From Spirochaetota bacterium (GTDB lineage Bacteria; Spirochaetota; Brachyspiria; Brachyspirales; JACRPF01): a stretch of 64,000 bases of DNA. Under the pieces are notes generated by a model. It was not told the DNA's origin. It worked only from the letters and a program-made list of their open reading frames with translations, and did not search any database. The translations under genes and the position numbers were made by a program. The stretch covers positions 68,800-132,799 of the forward strand of contig JACRPF010000020.1 of NCBI GenBank assembly GCA_016214035.1, written 5' to 3'. Below are positions 10,401-19,320 of the stretch, piece after piece. Position 1 is the stretch's first letter. Every line of letters begins with the position of its first letter.

Positions 10401-11234
10401 AGTTTCAAAGCATCGTCCGATGCGGTTTCCGCGTCCCCCGTTACCGTACAGGCAAAACCGCGGGATGCAACACCCGTCGTCTTTCCGCTGCAGTTCGATA
10501 AGCCGTGGACAGCAACGGAATTATCATTCAACGCCGAGGCGGGTACGAAACAATACGATCTTGCACCGGTATCAGTGCGGTATCGTCCGTTTGTTACCGC
10601 ATCGCGCGTTGAGAAAGCGCCGGTGATAGACGGTATAGTGAAATCGGATGAATGGAACACACGCGACCGCATTACCCTCGACTCGCTTGCTAATCTCAGA
10701 AACGCCGTACCCGCTGTCTGGGGAGGCGCAAACGACATGTCCGGCCGTGTTATGCTCAGCTGGGACAACAATGCGCTTTATCTCGGCTTCAAAGTGCTTG
10801 ACGACAAACGCGGCGAGCGCAATGACAGGCTCGGCGTGTGGAACAGCGACTGCATCGAGCTTTTCATCGACACCGCGGCTGACGATGCGCCAACGGCCAC
10901 CGGCTTCAATTCCCGCTGCTGTCAGTTGGTTATCGGCATGCCGACGGTAAAATTCCCGGAAGTCGTCATGTTCAAAGCGAGCGGTATGCTCGAAATGAAC
11001 ACGGCGAATCTGGCCGTTAAAACATCCGTGCAGCCGGGCGGCTATGATGTTGAACTGGCAATACCGTGGAAAGAACTCGGCGGCATTACACCTGCAGCGG
11101 GTATGCAGCTCGGGTTTGACGTATGCCTGAGCGACAATGACGCAACGGCGCGGAAACTGTCACTCGTCTGGTCGGGTGCCGATGATTATTACCGGAATCG
11201 ATTGAACTTCGGCAGGGTGCTGCTGTCGCGGTGA
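7494..11234 (+). CDS. Secreted multidomain glycoside hydrolase (N-terminal CBM4/9-like, clan GH-A TIM barrel, C-terminal CBM9-like)
   Basis: Start moved to ATG 7494, preceded by AAGGAA, giving signal peptide MITACHRILLAIFMTSGLFAQ. Catalytic-type motif YEIFNEPNLW. C-terminal DGIVKSDEW..WDNNALYLGFKVLDD..DCIELFID..GFDVCLSDND looks CBM9-like. Confidence 0.8.
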   Translation: MITACHRILLAIFMTSGLFAQSGNLIINGDFETVENDAPAGWIIAPYGSKNTVLTSAAEGDIRGKASAHLKHERASAETGTKAIVLITKAKVNGIIAGTEYRFRFAARAPVKDQQLRVYYYTDTSISPHYYKMKTITVSDAWDEYEFVLKLPLAEDWKDRALFMRFDIPYGEVYLDDVVLAPNTDAPATEKKSAYASLNRRNLFQNSSFEIGFEEYALTRGLYMRGRDANNNEPRQPVLDTAEKMHGNASLRLDNPDGDAMLFSSRDIHITPGKEYTLSGWFKTDGGIKVVSLSILSIISSGARKNATTWSEVGGEWKRMSVTFTAAPNHEYYTLQIGNIAEGYGKQPPPTRNQAGTMWIDGIQLTEGKSSKYEPDDFEIGLALTTNRYYAYTPDEPYMVSFRALNNTSSDTEVKFRYTIEDCYFNKTVRTGETAVMTLAGNSTGTIAAEINPKRYGLFVLNYELVNAKTGVVLDAYSFDYAVIGNIMAAPAPKGFTTGGQMNFRANWFAQSWATQPTLVYYGATIDETYDFIANVGDRWFRCWDFGWGHNEVNEGNYEWQVLDRQIEELTKRGMRIVASFDTLIVDEKNPQSIYAHVPKWAQERYGVTDTKGTMKCRVSVPPVEIWARYFTECVKRYKGKVRAYEIFNEPNLWLSPELYTQYLKTACSIVRANDPDAKVIGFCATGDLGGNLLKFVKECMNLGANDYFDAMSFHPYDSRLDSSSYPAEKAIAGIKQLLTDVGAGKKDIWNSELFYLEDDLPEYFYGSHDVKGHQFARRLLIDQFHGVARSACLDGGYNRARIAPLALDLPRKPIPSRFYVINNAWARFFEGGKPAKQVSLTGKNKLYIYDRPDGPVAAYWNYSYAKKSTAVLALRNAKEKIILFDLMGNPLEKPVLKDNGYLLTESADPVYIRPNGISRDEFLKLMDSAEMEYQVPVSITARMAYREDKPVIAAELMNYAAEVTPVRLSFKASSDAVSASPVTVQAKPRDATPVVFPLQFDKPWTATELSFNAEAGTKQYDLAPVSVRYRPFVTASRVEKAPVIDGIVKSDEWNTRDRITLDSLANLRNAVPAVWGGANDMSGRVMLSWDNNALYLGFKVLDDKRGERNDRLGVWNSDCIELFIDTAADDAPTATGFNSRCCQLVIGMPTVKFPEVVMFKASGMLEMNTANLAVKTSVQPGGYDVELAIPWKELGGITPAAGMQLGFDVCLSDNDATARKLSLVWSGADDYYRNRLNFGRVLLSR

Positions 11235-11573
11235 GATGTAGCGCGTTATTTTGCTGCGTTATCTCTATTGCTGCATGTTCCGGACGTTTTTCCGCATGCA
11301 GAAGTTTAATTTCTGCATACGACGGAATTGTTTCTGCACTCACCGCAGCACGTTCTGAGTGCGGCAGACTTGTTTCCAGGGACAGAATACGGAGCGATGA
11401 ACTCATCGGACGGGGTTCCGCATATCGCGGCTTTTCCGCCGCACTCACCGGACATCCCAGTGCATTCAGATGATGGTCCGCGGACCTTGGAAACAGGCCC
11501 GATACATCCGGATTAGTATCCGCTGTATGCGGCATGTATTCCGGCACCTGCAGAATATCAAGTCCGGGTGCAG

Positions 11574-11862
11574 CACAACGGCGTTTGAGCGATTATGAAC
11601 AACAACAGATTTTCTCTACTACCACTCATTTTTCCAACGCGCGATTGGCGAAGGGGAGAAATATCTTTCTGAGCACCGAGCATGTCGATTATCAAATCAA
11701 AAATATATAGCAAATAAAATCAACCCAATACTGCATCCGAGCGGCACGATGCCGCGAATGCGACGAATCTGTCCAAGGAAGGACAGCTGAGTCGCGCACG
11801 GTGCGAAGAAAGATATTTCTCCCCGAAACAAATAGCGCGTGCCTCCGGCCCGCGCCCCGCCG
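11574..11862 (+). repeat. Structured intergenic element, copy 1 (candidate ncRNA or structured repeat family)
   Basis: Aligns over its whole length with the reverse complement of 49790-50075. Perfect 18-bp helix 11653-11670 / 11807-11824, inner hairpins 11741-11755 and 11769-11786, helix 11760-11764 / 11791-11795. Strand assignment is tentative. Confidence 0.8.
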
Positions 11863-11863
11863 C

Positions 11864-12658
11864 TCACTTCTTCACATTATGCAGCAGATACCCCGCCGCC
11901 GTTCCATGATAAATGACGATATCCGCCATCCCGGTATATCCCTCGACAATTGGCACCGTATTCGAAACGATGCCGAGATTCACCGCATACGTCATCTCGC
12001 CGTTCGACTCGATCACCGATGATATCTCCTCCACCACCGCGGGGATAATCCCGTAGGTCTGGTAGGAAAAATTATCGAGCTTGACCGATGCCCGGCCGCC
12101 GATACTCACGTCCGGACGCGCGCGCTGGGTTATCTTCGACTTGAACATGAACTGTGCGCTGTCGGCATAGAGCATGACAACGCTACCCGTGTCCACGCTG
12201 TCGTGGAGCTTCACATACGTGCCGATGACCTTCCCGGCGAACGGCGCGGCATATGTCTTCTGCGTGATAGTCCCCGAGAGTGAGATGATGTCCTGCATGG
12301 TCTGCTCGTAATCGCGGCGAAGCGTGTAGAGCCGCTGCGGCGAACCGTACGGCGTATCTTCTTTCCGTATCTCGGCCTCGATGAGCGTTTTTGCTTTGAC
12401 GGCATGTTCAAGCCGTTTTTTCTCCGGCTCGGAATCCAGGGCGATGACGGTGTCTCCCGCCTTCACGAACTGGTTCGTCGCGATATACGATACGGTGCCT
12501 GCGAGCGGAAAACGGACTTTTATCATCTGCCGCTGCTCGATGCGTCCGGGTGCAGGGACCGAGAAATCGATGCGCACCGTGAGCGCGGTGATGATGATGA
12601 CCAGAAAAAGTCCGCCGAGTATGCTCAGAAACAGTGCCGCAATGCGTATGAGCTTCAT
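11864..12658 (-). CDS. HlyD-family membrane-fusion / secretion adaptor protein
   Basis: N-terminal TM helix, barrel-sandwich and coiled-coil style sequence. Its ATG overlaps the upstream ABC gene stop (ATGA at 12655-12658). Confidence 0.8.
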   Translation of the reverse strand: MKLIRIAALFLSILGGLFLVIIITALTVRIDFSVPAPGRIEQRQMIKVRFPLAGTVSYIATNQFVKAGDTVIALDSEPEKKRLEHAVKAKTLIEAEIRKEDTPYGSPQRLYTLRRDYEQTMQDIISLSGTITQKTYAAPFAGKVIGTYVKLHDSVDTGSVVMLYADSAQFMFKSKITQRARPDVSIGGRASVKLDNFSYQTYGIIPAVVEEISSVIESNGEMTYAVNLGIVSNTVPIVEGYTGMADIVIYHGTAAGYLLHNVKK

Positions 12659-14619
12659 GATACCACCTTCGCTTCCGCCGCCTGCTTATCGCCGTCATCC
12701 CAGCGGAGCACCGTGGGCGTAGTCTTTTTCATCTGCGTCATGTAGAGCTTGTGATAGCGTCCTTTGCGCTGCAGCAGTTTGCGGTGTGTCCCTTCCTCGA
12801 CCTTTAAGCCTTTGTCTATCACCACGATATTGTCAGCGTCCATCACCGTAGAGAGTCGGTGCGCGATGACGATGATAGTACGGCCCACGAATATCTTTTT
12901 CATCGCATCCTGGATGAGTTCCTCGCTTTCCGAGTCGAGATTGCTCGTCGCTTCGTCGAGTATGAGAAGTTCGGGGTCGGTGAGTATCGCGCGTGCGAGT
13001 GCGAGCCGCTGACGCTGACCGCCGGAGAGCTTCACGCCGCGTTCGCCGATAACCGTCTCGTATTTCTTCTCGAGCGAATCGACGAACTCGTGGCAGTGCG
13101 CCGTCTTAGCCGCGGCGATGACCTCTTCAAGCGTTGCATCCGGTTTTCCGTAGGCGATATTGTCGATGACCGTCCCGTCGAAGAGGAACGTATCCTGCAG
13201 CACGAGACTTGAAAGCCCCCGGTAGTCGCCGAGTTTGCAGCTGCGTATATCCTCGCCGTCGATGAGAATGCGCCCGCCGGTGACGTCGTAAAACCGCATC
13301 ACGAGATTCGTTATCGTGCTCTTGCCGGCGCCGCTCGGGCCCACGAGCGCGGTGATGCTGCCGCGGGGTATGGTGAGATCGAAACCGGATATCGCCTTTG
13401 TCCCGTTGGGATAAGCGAACTCCACCTTGTCGAACACGATGTCCCTCGTTATGCCGTTAACACTCTTCGCATCCGACGCGTCTTTGATGGTGAGCGGTTC
13501 GTCGAGAAGTTCGAACACATGCTCCACGCAGGCGAGCGACACCTGCATCTCGGCGAACGATGACATTATCATGAATATCGGCTGGAAGAGCCAGTCGATG
13601 AATGAGATGAACACCACGAGTCCGCCGATGGACATTTTGTTGGTGATGACATGGTAGCCGCCGTAGAGATAGACCGCCACGAGGAGACACCAGTACATAA
13701 CCCAGATGACGCGATGCACCACCATGCTGATGCTCATGCCGTGGAGATATTTCCGGTAGATGAATTGATTGTCAACGACGAAATTGAACGACTCCGAGCG
13801 TTCACGACGGAACGCGCGCACCACCTGAATGCCTGAGAATGTCTCCGAAAGCCGCGCGGTAAGCGTTGACACTTCCTCGCGGAGCTTCTTGTGAAAGCGC
13901 CGCATGGTGTTGAAGATAAAATACGCGGCGATGACGACGACTGCCGCGAATGCGAGACACACGAGCGTGAGACGCCAGTTGAGGAAGAAAAGCGATCCCA
14001 GCCCCACCGTGAGCATCAGTATCGCGCGGAACGGACTGAACAGCCCCATCTGGAGGAGCGCCGACATGCGCTCGGCGTCGTTCTGCAGGCGCGAGATGAT
14101 GCCGCCCACTTTCAGTTCCTGCACTTTTTCGAGCGGCATCACCTGCAGATGCTGCATCATCTTTCGTTTTATGTTCGTCACGATGGTGCCGAGGAACGTG
14201 TTGATGATGTAGTCCTGCAGGAAGTTGAGCGACACGTTGGAAACGCCCACGCAGAGAAGCACGACGCAGAACGCCACGAGCACGCCGAAGTCGCGAGATG
14301 AGAGTATGTTGTCGATGATGAACTTTCCCGACCACGGCATCACCGCCTGCAGAAGCGTGTTCACGAGTATCATCACAAGTATGAACGCGATGCGTGAACG
14401 GCGCATCTTCAGTTCCGCGAAGTAACGCATGAGCGTTGCTTTTATCGGCTTTTTGGGTTTATCCTTATTTTTATCATCAGCGGCCGCATCAGGTTTTCCC
14501 TTGTCTGCCGGCGGTACTTCTTTTTTTTCGTCCTCGGGGCCGTCCTTGTCACCGAAGAGACCCTTCTCTTTGATGAATGTGCGATAGCGCTTACGGCTTC
14601 CTTCTTTCTCTTTCGGCAT
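12655..14619 (-). CDS. ABC exporter, fused permease/ATPase (MsbA-like) with a Lys-rich ~70-aa N-terminal extension
   Basis: Six-TM ABC membrane domain, Walker A GPSGAGKST, signature LSGGQRQR, Walker B LLILDEATS. Confidence 0.9.
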   Translation of the reverse strand: MPKEKEGSRKRYRTFIKEKGLFGDKDGPEDEKKEVPPADKGKPDAAADDKNKDKPKKPIKATLMRYFAELKMRRSRIAFILVMILVNTLLQAVMPWSGKFIIDNILSSRDFGVLVAFCVVLLCVGVSNVSLNFLQDYIINTFLGTIVTNIKRKMMQHLQVMPLEKVQELKVGGIISRLQNDAERMSALLQMGLFSPFRAILMLTVGLGSLFFLNWRLTLVCLAFAAVVVIAAYFIFNTMRRFHKKLREEVSTLTARLSETFSGIQVVRAFRRERSESFNFVVDNQFIYRKYLHGMSISMVVHRVIWVMYWCLLVAVYLYGGYHVITNKMSIGGLVVFISFIDWLFQPIFMIMSSFAEMQVSLACVEHVFELLDEPLTIKDASDAKSVNGITRDIVFDKVEFAYPNGTKAISGFDLTIPRGSITALVGPSGAGKSTITNLVMRFYDVTGGRILIDGEDIRSCKLGDYRGLSSLVLQDTFLFDGTVIDNIAYGKPDATLEEVIAAAKTAHCHEFVDSLEKKYETVIGERGVKLSGGQRQRLALARAILTDPELLILDEATSNLDSESEELIQDAMKKIFVGRTIIVIAHRLSTVMDADNIVVIDKGLKVEEGTHRKLLQRKGRYHKLYMTQMKKTTPTVLRWDDGDKQAAEAKVVS

Positions 14620-14763
14620 GCGTATTCCCTGCGGTGTCCGCCGTCACGGGCGGTTACTGGATTCGATTATACTATACTGCGCAATGCAGTAATTATCCAG
14701 TACTTATTTAACAACGATACTATTTTGACCGCAGCGGAAACGGCGACCGGTGCACGGAGAATG

Positions 14764-17700
14764 CTACGGCTGCCGTACGAATCTGATATTCCGCAGTTTC
14801 AATCCTTCAGGAGGATTGGCATACTGATATTGAAAGAAAAGTTCCTTTACCGTGCACGGCCCCTTGCCGATGGCGACGCTCCGCGTTTCCCATGTCGCCG
14901 GGTCACTGTCTATCGTCGGGCTGAGGCTTATGTCCTTGGGTTTCTCGACAGCGGTTGTGTATACTTTCAGCTGCATACGGGGGATTTCGATGACTTTTCC
15001 AAAGGCGTCCGCGCCGGTGTAATTGATCTCAAAGCGCATCTGCCAGGTACCATCAGAAAGCGTTACGCCGTTTCCGCTTTTCAGGACGAAACGGAATCCT
15101 CCCCATTGCCCGACTTTCGGCTGCGAAGTGAACACCGTAAGCCCGTCGTCTCCTTTGGTGAACGATGGACTGTCACCGTTAAAAACGATGACCTCATAGT
15201 CTTTGGGCGCATCTTCCTTCATGAATACGCGTTCTTCCGCGATCACATCGCTTTGCTCAGTCCGAACCGCGCCGGTAATCGCAACCACCAGGGGAACGGC
15301 TGTGCCGGCGGAAACAATCGAGATGGATGCAATCTTTTTATCCGGCGACGGATTCTTCCAGCGGAACGTATAGAGACCGATGCTGTTGCCGCCGCGGTTC
15401 TTTCCCGTCCAGGCGATACGGCAGTCGGGTGATGATAACTTTGCATCGCCCGGGCTCCACCAGTCATCACAGGCCTTACCCTGTTCCGCAGGTATTTCGA
15501 TTCTGCTCCCGTCGTCATACGTTATGAAATAACTGAACAGTTTTCCGCCGCCGGTCCAGGCTGTGGCATGAAGGAAATATAATTCTGCCGCAGTGCGATC
15601 CACCTTTATGTTTTCTATTGCCGTTGGAAAATGTATACGGTCGCCGCCTTTGAGAACGCACATGCTTTTACCGCCGTTCTTTGCCGGATCAATGATTGTA
15701 TACGGCACACCATAGAACGTTCGCCTGCCGGCATTTTCAGCGAATGTGGAAAGATCGTTCAACGGCCCCTGATCCGACGCGCCGCCCACGCCGTCATTGG
15801 GCGTTTCATCGGCAAACCCCATGTTGACGCTGCCGGAGAGGTCAACGGCGAACGTGTTGTCATCGTTCAGCCCGTTGAATGTACGTTTTTTGATAATGTC
15901 TTCGCCGGCGCTTTTCCCGGAAAGTGTCACGGCCTTATACCGCTCAATGTCAGCCGCAATACGCGCCTCGGCGCTTTTTGCAATCGCCGCCGATGTGATG
16001 CTGCCCGTTTTCCACGCAGGCACTGTGCGCGACACATAGAATAATGCGCTTTCCTGCGCGGGAAGAAACACGGTGATGCCTTCTGCAAGTTCCGTGCTGC
16101 TCCAGGCTGTTTTACCGGACGGCGGCAGCAGTTCATTGCCGCTGTCGGGATTGTACAGATGCCAGTCGCCCGGCTCGATCTTCTTCAGCGACAGGGTATT
16201 CAGTTTGGACAGATACGTCCAGTTGATGACGTGAATGAGCTTTTTGTCCCCGCGGTCGATGGGGTCTATCGTGCAGCTCTTATCGATCTTCCCGTCGCGG
16301 CTTACTGTGTACCGGCGCTCGATGCCGCGGTCGCGGAATATAGCGCCGAGCACTCCGGAAAGTTCACTGTCGCCGCGGCTGCAGACAAGCGTATATACCG
16401 CGCCTTTGCCGATGCCGTGTTTATACACGAGGCCGCCGGGATTCTTCTGCCATTTCGCGAAAACCGCCGCGTCGCTCGCAGCAACCGTGACGACCGCATC
16501 ATATTTTCCCGGGACCGCTGTGCCGTCAACAATGGCGCTGTCTACAAATACTTTGTCCATTTTTCCGAACGACAGACCGAGTATGTCCGAAGGATCGGTA
16601 ACCTTGCCGTATTCGTCATGTGTAAACGACTCCGGCGCGCATATCAGTGTACCGCCGCGCTCGACATACGCTTTCAGCAGCGCGCGCGTGGATGCGGGGC
16701 AGAATTCTATCACGGGACAGAAAACGGCCTCAAAACGCATAAGTTCGTCGGCTGACGTGAGGAATTCCGCTATGATAAAATCGCTTGTGATCTGCATCGC
16801 GCGCACCGAAGTGAGATAATACGCGGGGGCTTTTTTTTCGCGGCCCATGAGCTGCCATGACTGATGATCGAGATACAGCATGCCGATGCGCCCGACGACA
16901 CGCGGGCACGGCATCACCACGTCGGAAATACGGTCGAGCGTATCCCTGAAACGCTTCAGGCCGAACAGCGACTTCTCGGGATAGTTGAACGGATTGAGCA
17001 GATATCCTTCTTTATAGCCGTCGCTCCGGGAGCTTTTCATCGCCTGTTCATAGGTATTCCATTCCCATTCGCGGTTCCCCCAGGTGTAGAGAATACTCTG
17101 TGAATAGTCGAACATCATCTGCGTCCAGAGCGTGGTGGGATAATCGTTGTCCCACGACGGAACACGCACGCCGTTCTCGTGACGTACCGTGCGCGTTTCA
17201 TTGTCGATGATGGGTTTTCCTTTCGCATACGCTTTCGCCAGCGCCGCACCGAGAAGTGACGTATCGTTCCCCACGGTGAAACCGGCGGCCATCATATCCT
17301 TTCCGTCGAACACGGGACCCGTGGCGTCGGGCGTGAAGGTGAGGCCGGTGTATTCGGTGCAGATAACATCGAGAAAATCCATGGCGACATTATTGAACGC
17401 ATTGGCATAGTTCATCGAAAAGACCTGATGATGCGGCTGCACGGTGAAATATTTCGGCACCGGCCGCTTATCCGCACTGAGCACCGTTTCTTTGAACGCT
17501 TTCATATACGACGCGATGAGTTCCGACTGAAAGCTCATCCAGTCGTACCATAGGCCGGGGTCTTTGTGCTGGCGGCTTTCCACCGAACCGGCGGCGTCTT
17601 TATACGAAGCAAAACTGCCGCCCCAGGCCGCGTTCGCCGCGCCAATACTTCCGTGTTTCTTTGCAAGCCATGACTCGAACAGCACGATGTTCGGCGGTGA

Positions 17701-18345
17701 AAAGCTGTTGTAGAAGACCTCGTTGCCGAGTTCATAGATGAAAGGGCTCGCGCCATTATCGACGAGGAATTTGGTGCCGTCATAGAACATTGTCTTGTAG
17801 TAATCCATCGCCTGCGGATACGACGGGTCAAAAGGAAAAAAGTCATGCCACCATGCGGACTTCTGGAAAAACTCTTTTCTCTGATTATTCTTCGCCCACG
17901 CACCGGCTCCGCACCAGAGCCCGATATCCGAATAATCAACTACGAGCGGGACACCGGACATGCGCTTGATCTTTTTCTGCACCTCGGCTTCAAGCTGCCC
18001 GAAATAATCAGGGCTGCCCATCGCAACACGCGGTTTGGCGAACGCCTCGGGAAAATATTTTTTGAAGATATAGTAACTCAAGAACGTCTGCGGCTGCCAG
18101 GCGTTCATGCCGAGTTCTTTCATCAATGCGGCGTCAGGAAATGTCCTGTATGCGCGATGCCGCGACCATGCACCGGTACGGTCGGAGACGGTGAAAACGT
18201 CCCAGTCGTGCACCGGCCCGAGAAAGAACGTATATTTTCCATTCTGTTTGAAATTGCCGTTCTCTATCGTTATGGTATCGGGGGCTTCCGCGCCGGTCAT
18301 AGTGAATGACAATGCCAGTGCCATGATGATGATCCTCGGAAACAT
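14764..18345 (-). CDS. Secreted GH42-like glycoside hydrolase with a long C-terminal accessory region
   Basis: Signal peptide MFPRIIIMALALSFTMTGAEA, GH-A type YELGNEVFYN motif and a beta-galactosidase-trimerisation-like GGTLICAPESF segment. Family assignment is from memory of motifs only. Confidence 0.7.
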   Translation of the reverse strand: MFPRIIIMALALSFTMTGAEAPDTITIENGNFKQNGKYTFFLGPVHDWDVFTVSDRTGAWSRHRAYRTFPDAALMKELGMNAWQPQTFLSYYIFKKYFPEAFAKPRVAMGSPDYFGQLEAEVQKKIKRMSGVPLVVDYSDIGLWCGAGAWAKNNQRKEFFQKSAWWHDFFPFDPSYPQAMDYYKTMFYDGTKFLVDNGASPFIYELGNEVFYNSFSPPNIVLFESWLAKKHGSIGAANAAWGGSFASYKDAAGSVESRQHKDPGLWYDWMSFQSELIASYMKAFKETVLSADKRPVPKYFTVQPHHQVFSMNYANAFNNVAMDFLDVICTEYTGLTFTPDATGPVFDGKDMMAAGFTVGNDTSLLGAALAKAYAKGKPIIDNETRTVRHENGVRVPSWDNDYPTTLWTQMMFDYSQSILYTWGNREWEWNTYEQAMKSSRSDGYKEGYLLNPFNYPEKSLFGLKRFRDTLDRISDVVMPCPRVVGRIGMLYLDHQSWQLMGREKKAPAYYLTSVRAMQITSDFIIAEFLTSADELMRFEAVFCPVIEFCPASTRALLKAYVERGGTLICAPESFTHDEYGKVTDPSDILGLSFGKMDKVFVDSAIVDGTAVPGKYDAVVTVAASDAAVFAKWQKNPGGLVYKHGIGKGAVYTLVCSRGDSELSGVLGAIFRDRGIERRYTVSRDGKIDKSCTIDPIDRGDKKLIHVINWTYLSKLNTLSLKKIEPGDWHLYNPDSGNELLPPSGKTAWSSTELAEGITVFLPAQESALFYVSRTVPAWKTGSITSAAIAKSAEARIAADIERYKAVTLSGKSAGEDIIKKRTFNGLNDDNTFAVDLSGSVNMGFADETPNDGVGGASDQGPLNDLSTFAENAGRRTFYGVPYTIIDPAKNGGKSMCVLKGGDRIHFPTAIENIKVDRTAAELYFLHATAWTGGGKLFSYFITYDDGSRIEIPAEQGKACDDWWSPGDAKLSSPDCRIAWTGKNRGGNSIGLYTFRWKNPSPDKKIASISIVSAGTAVPLVVAITGAVRTEQSDVIAEERVFMKEDAPKDYEVIVFNGDSPSFTKGDDGLTVFTSQPKVGQWGGFRFVLKSGNGVTLSDGTWQMRFEINYTGADAFGKVIEIPRMQLKVYTTAVEKPKDISLSPTIDSDPATWETRSVAIGKGPCTVKELFFQYQYANPPEGLKLRNIRFVRQP

Positions 18346-18424
18346 AGTTTCTCCTGATGTACATGAATGCGTATTCCCGAATAGTATTTATAGTATATAC
18401 TAAACGATATCCGTGTAAAATGGA

Positions 18425-19291
18425 ATGGAAACTATGCGCATTCAATTGGACAAAAAAAGCATCGAGACAATCGAGGGATTCCGCATGTCCGCCATGCTCG
18501 ATCTACCGCTCGTTGTCCACTGCTTCGGCACTTCGCGCTGGTACGCACCGTTCTCCGTGCACAAAGAGAACTACGACGCATTCAGTATCGAGTACGTTAC
18601 CGCCGGTACGGGCGAACTTACCGCGGACGGGGAGCGCAGTACGCTCCGCCCCGGCGATGTATTCCTCCTTCATCCCGGAGGAACACATACATACCGCGCA
18701 CTCGGAAACGCCTCGTTCCGGAAGATATGGATGCGCCTGTCGGGGCCGCTCGCGAAATACCTTATCAAGATACACGGGCTTTCGAACGTGCATCATGTCC
18801 CGCAGTGCCCGCGAATGAAGGATATGTTCATCCGCATGCGGAGTTTCGGGATACGCGCGCATCACACGAACGCCTCCGGGCGCCATATCGCCGACGGGTT
18901 CTCGCTCATACTTCATGAGATGATACTCGCGCTCGCCGCCCGGCTCGACACGCGTACAACATCGTTCTCATCCGATGTCGTGCATATGAAACATTATCTC
19001 GATTCGATGATAGAGAAGGATGTACGTCTGGCCGATGTCGCGGCGCATGCGGGGAAGTCCGCATCGCAGACGATACGAAAATTCAAACGCGAGACGGGCA
19101 CAACGCCGTACCAGTATCTCCTCGGCAGAAAGATGGAATTGGCGGAATATCTTCTGGCGAATACCGGCTTGAGCGTGCGGGAAGTAGCGCATGAAACCGG
19201 ATTCGCCGATGAGCAGTATTTCTCACGGGCATTCCGCTCACGCACGAAACAGCGCCCGAGCGACGTCAGAAAAACGCGCGGCTCGGCATAG
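18425..19291 (+). CDS. AraC-family transcriptional regulator (cupin sensor plus HTH)
   Basis: C-terminal AraC HTH (SASQTIRKFKRETGTTPYQYLLGRKMELAEYLL..GFADEQYFSRAFR). Divergent from the GH42-like gene. Confidence 0.85.
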   Translation: METMRIQLDKKSIETIEGFRMSAMLDLPLVVHCFGTSRWYAPFSVHKENYDAFSIEYVTAGTGELTADGERSTLRPGDVFLLHPGGTHTYRALGNASFRKIWMRLSGPLAKYLIKIHGLSNVHHVPQCPRMKDMFIRMRSFGIRAHHTNASGRHIADGFSLILHEMILALAARLDTRTTSFSSDVVHMKHYLDSMIEKDVRLADVAAHAGKSASQTIRKFKRETGTTPYQYLLGRKMELAEYLLANTGLSVREVAHETGFADEQYFSRAFRSRTKQRPSDVRKTRGSA

Positions 19292-19320
19292 CAGCATCCG
19301 GCGGGAAGTGCACCGGCCAC

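Noticed and set aside
11086-11547. Track ORFs in the gap after the large hydrolase gene: 11086..11547 minus, 11231..11473 plus and 11328..11516 plus.
   Set aside because: They overlap the hydrolase 3' end or each other. They have no ribosome-binding site, and their translations are Pro/Ser/Ala/His-rich with no motif.
11653-11824. Possible protein coding across the long-helix region of the repeated element, on the strand opposite to my reading. Candidates are a TTG-start 46-aa ORF with a hydrophobic tail in copy 1 and a 33-aa ORF in copy 2, each downstream of GGAGG.
   Set aside because: The conserved nucleotide blocks fall in different reading frames in the two copies, so no peptide is conserved. 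The compensatory substitutions fit base pairing, not coding.
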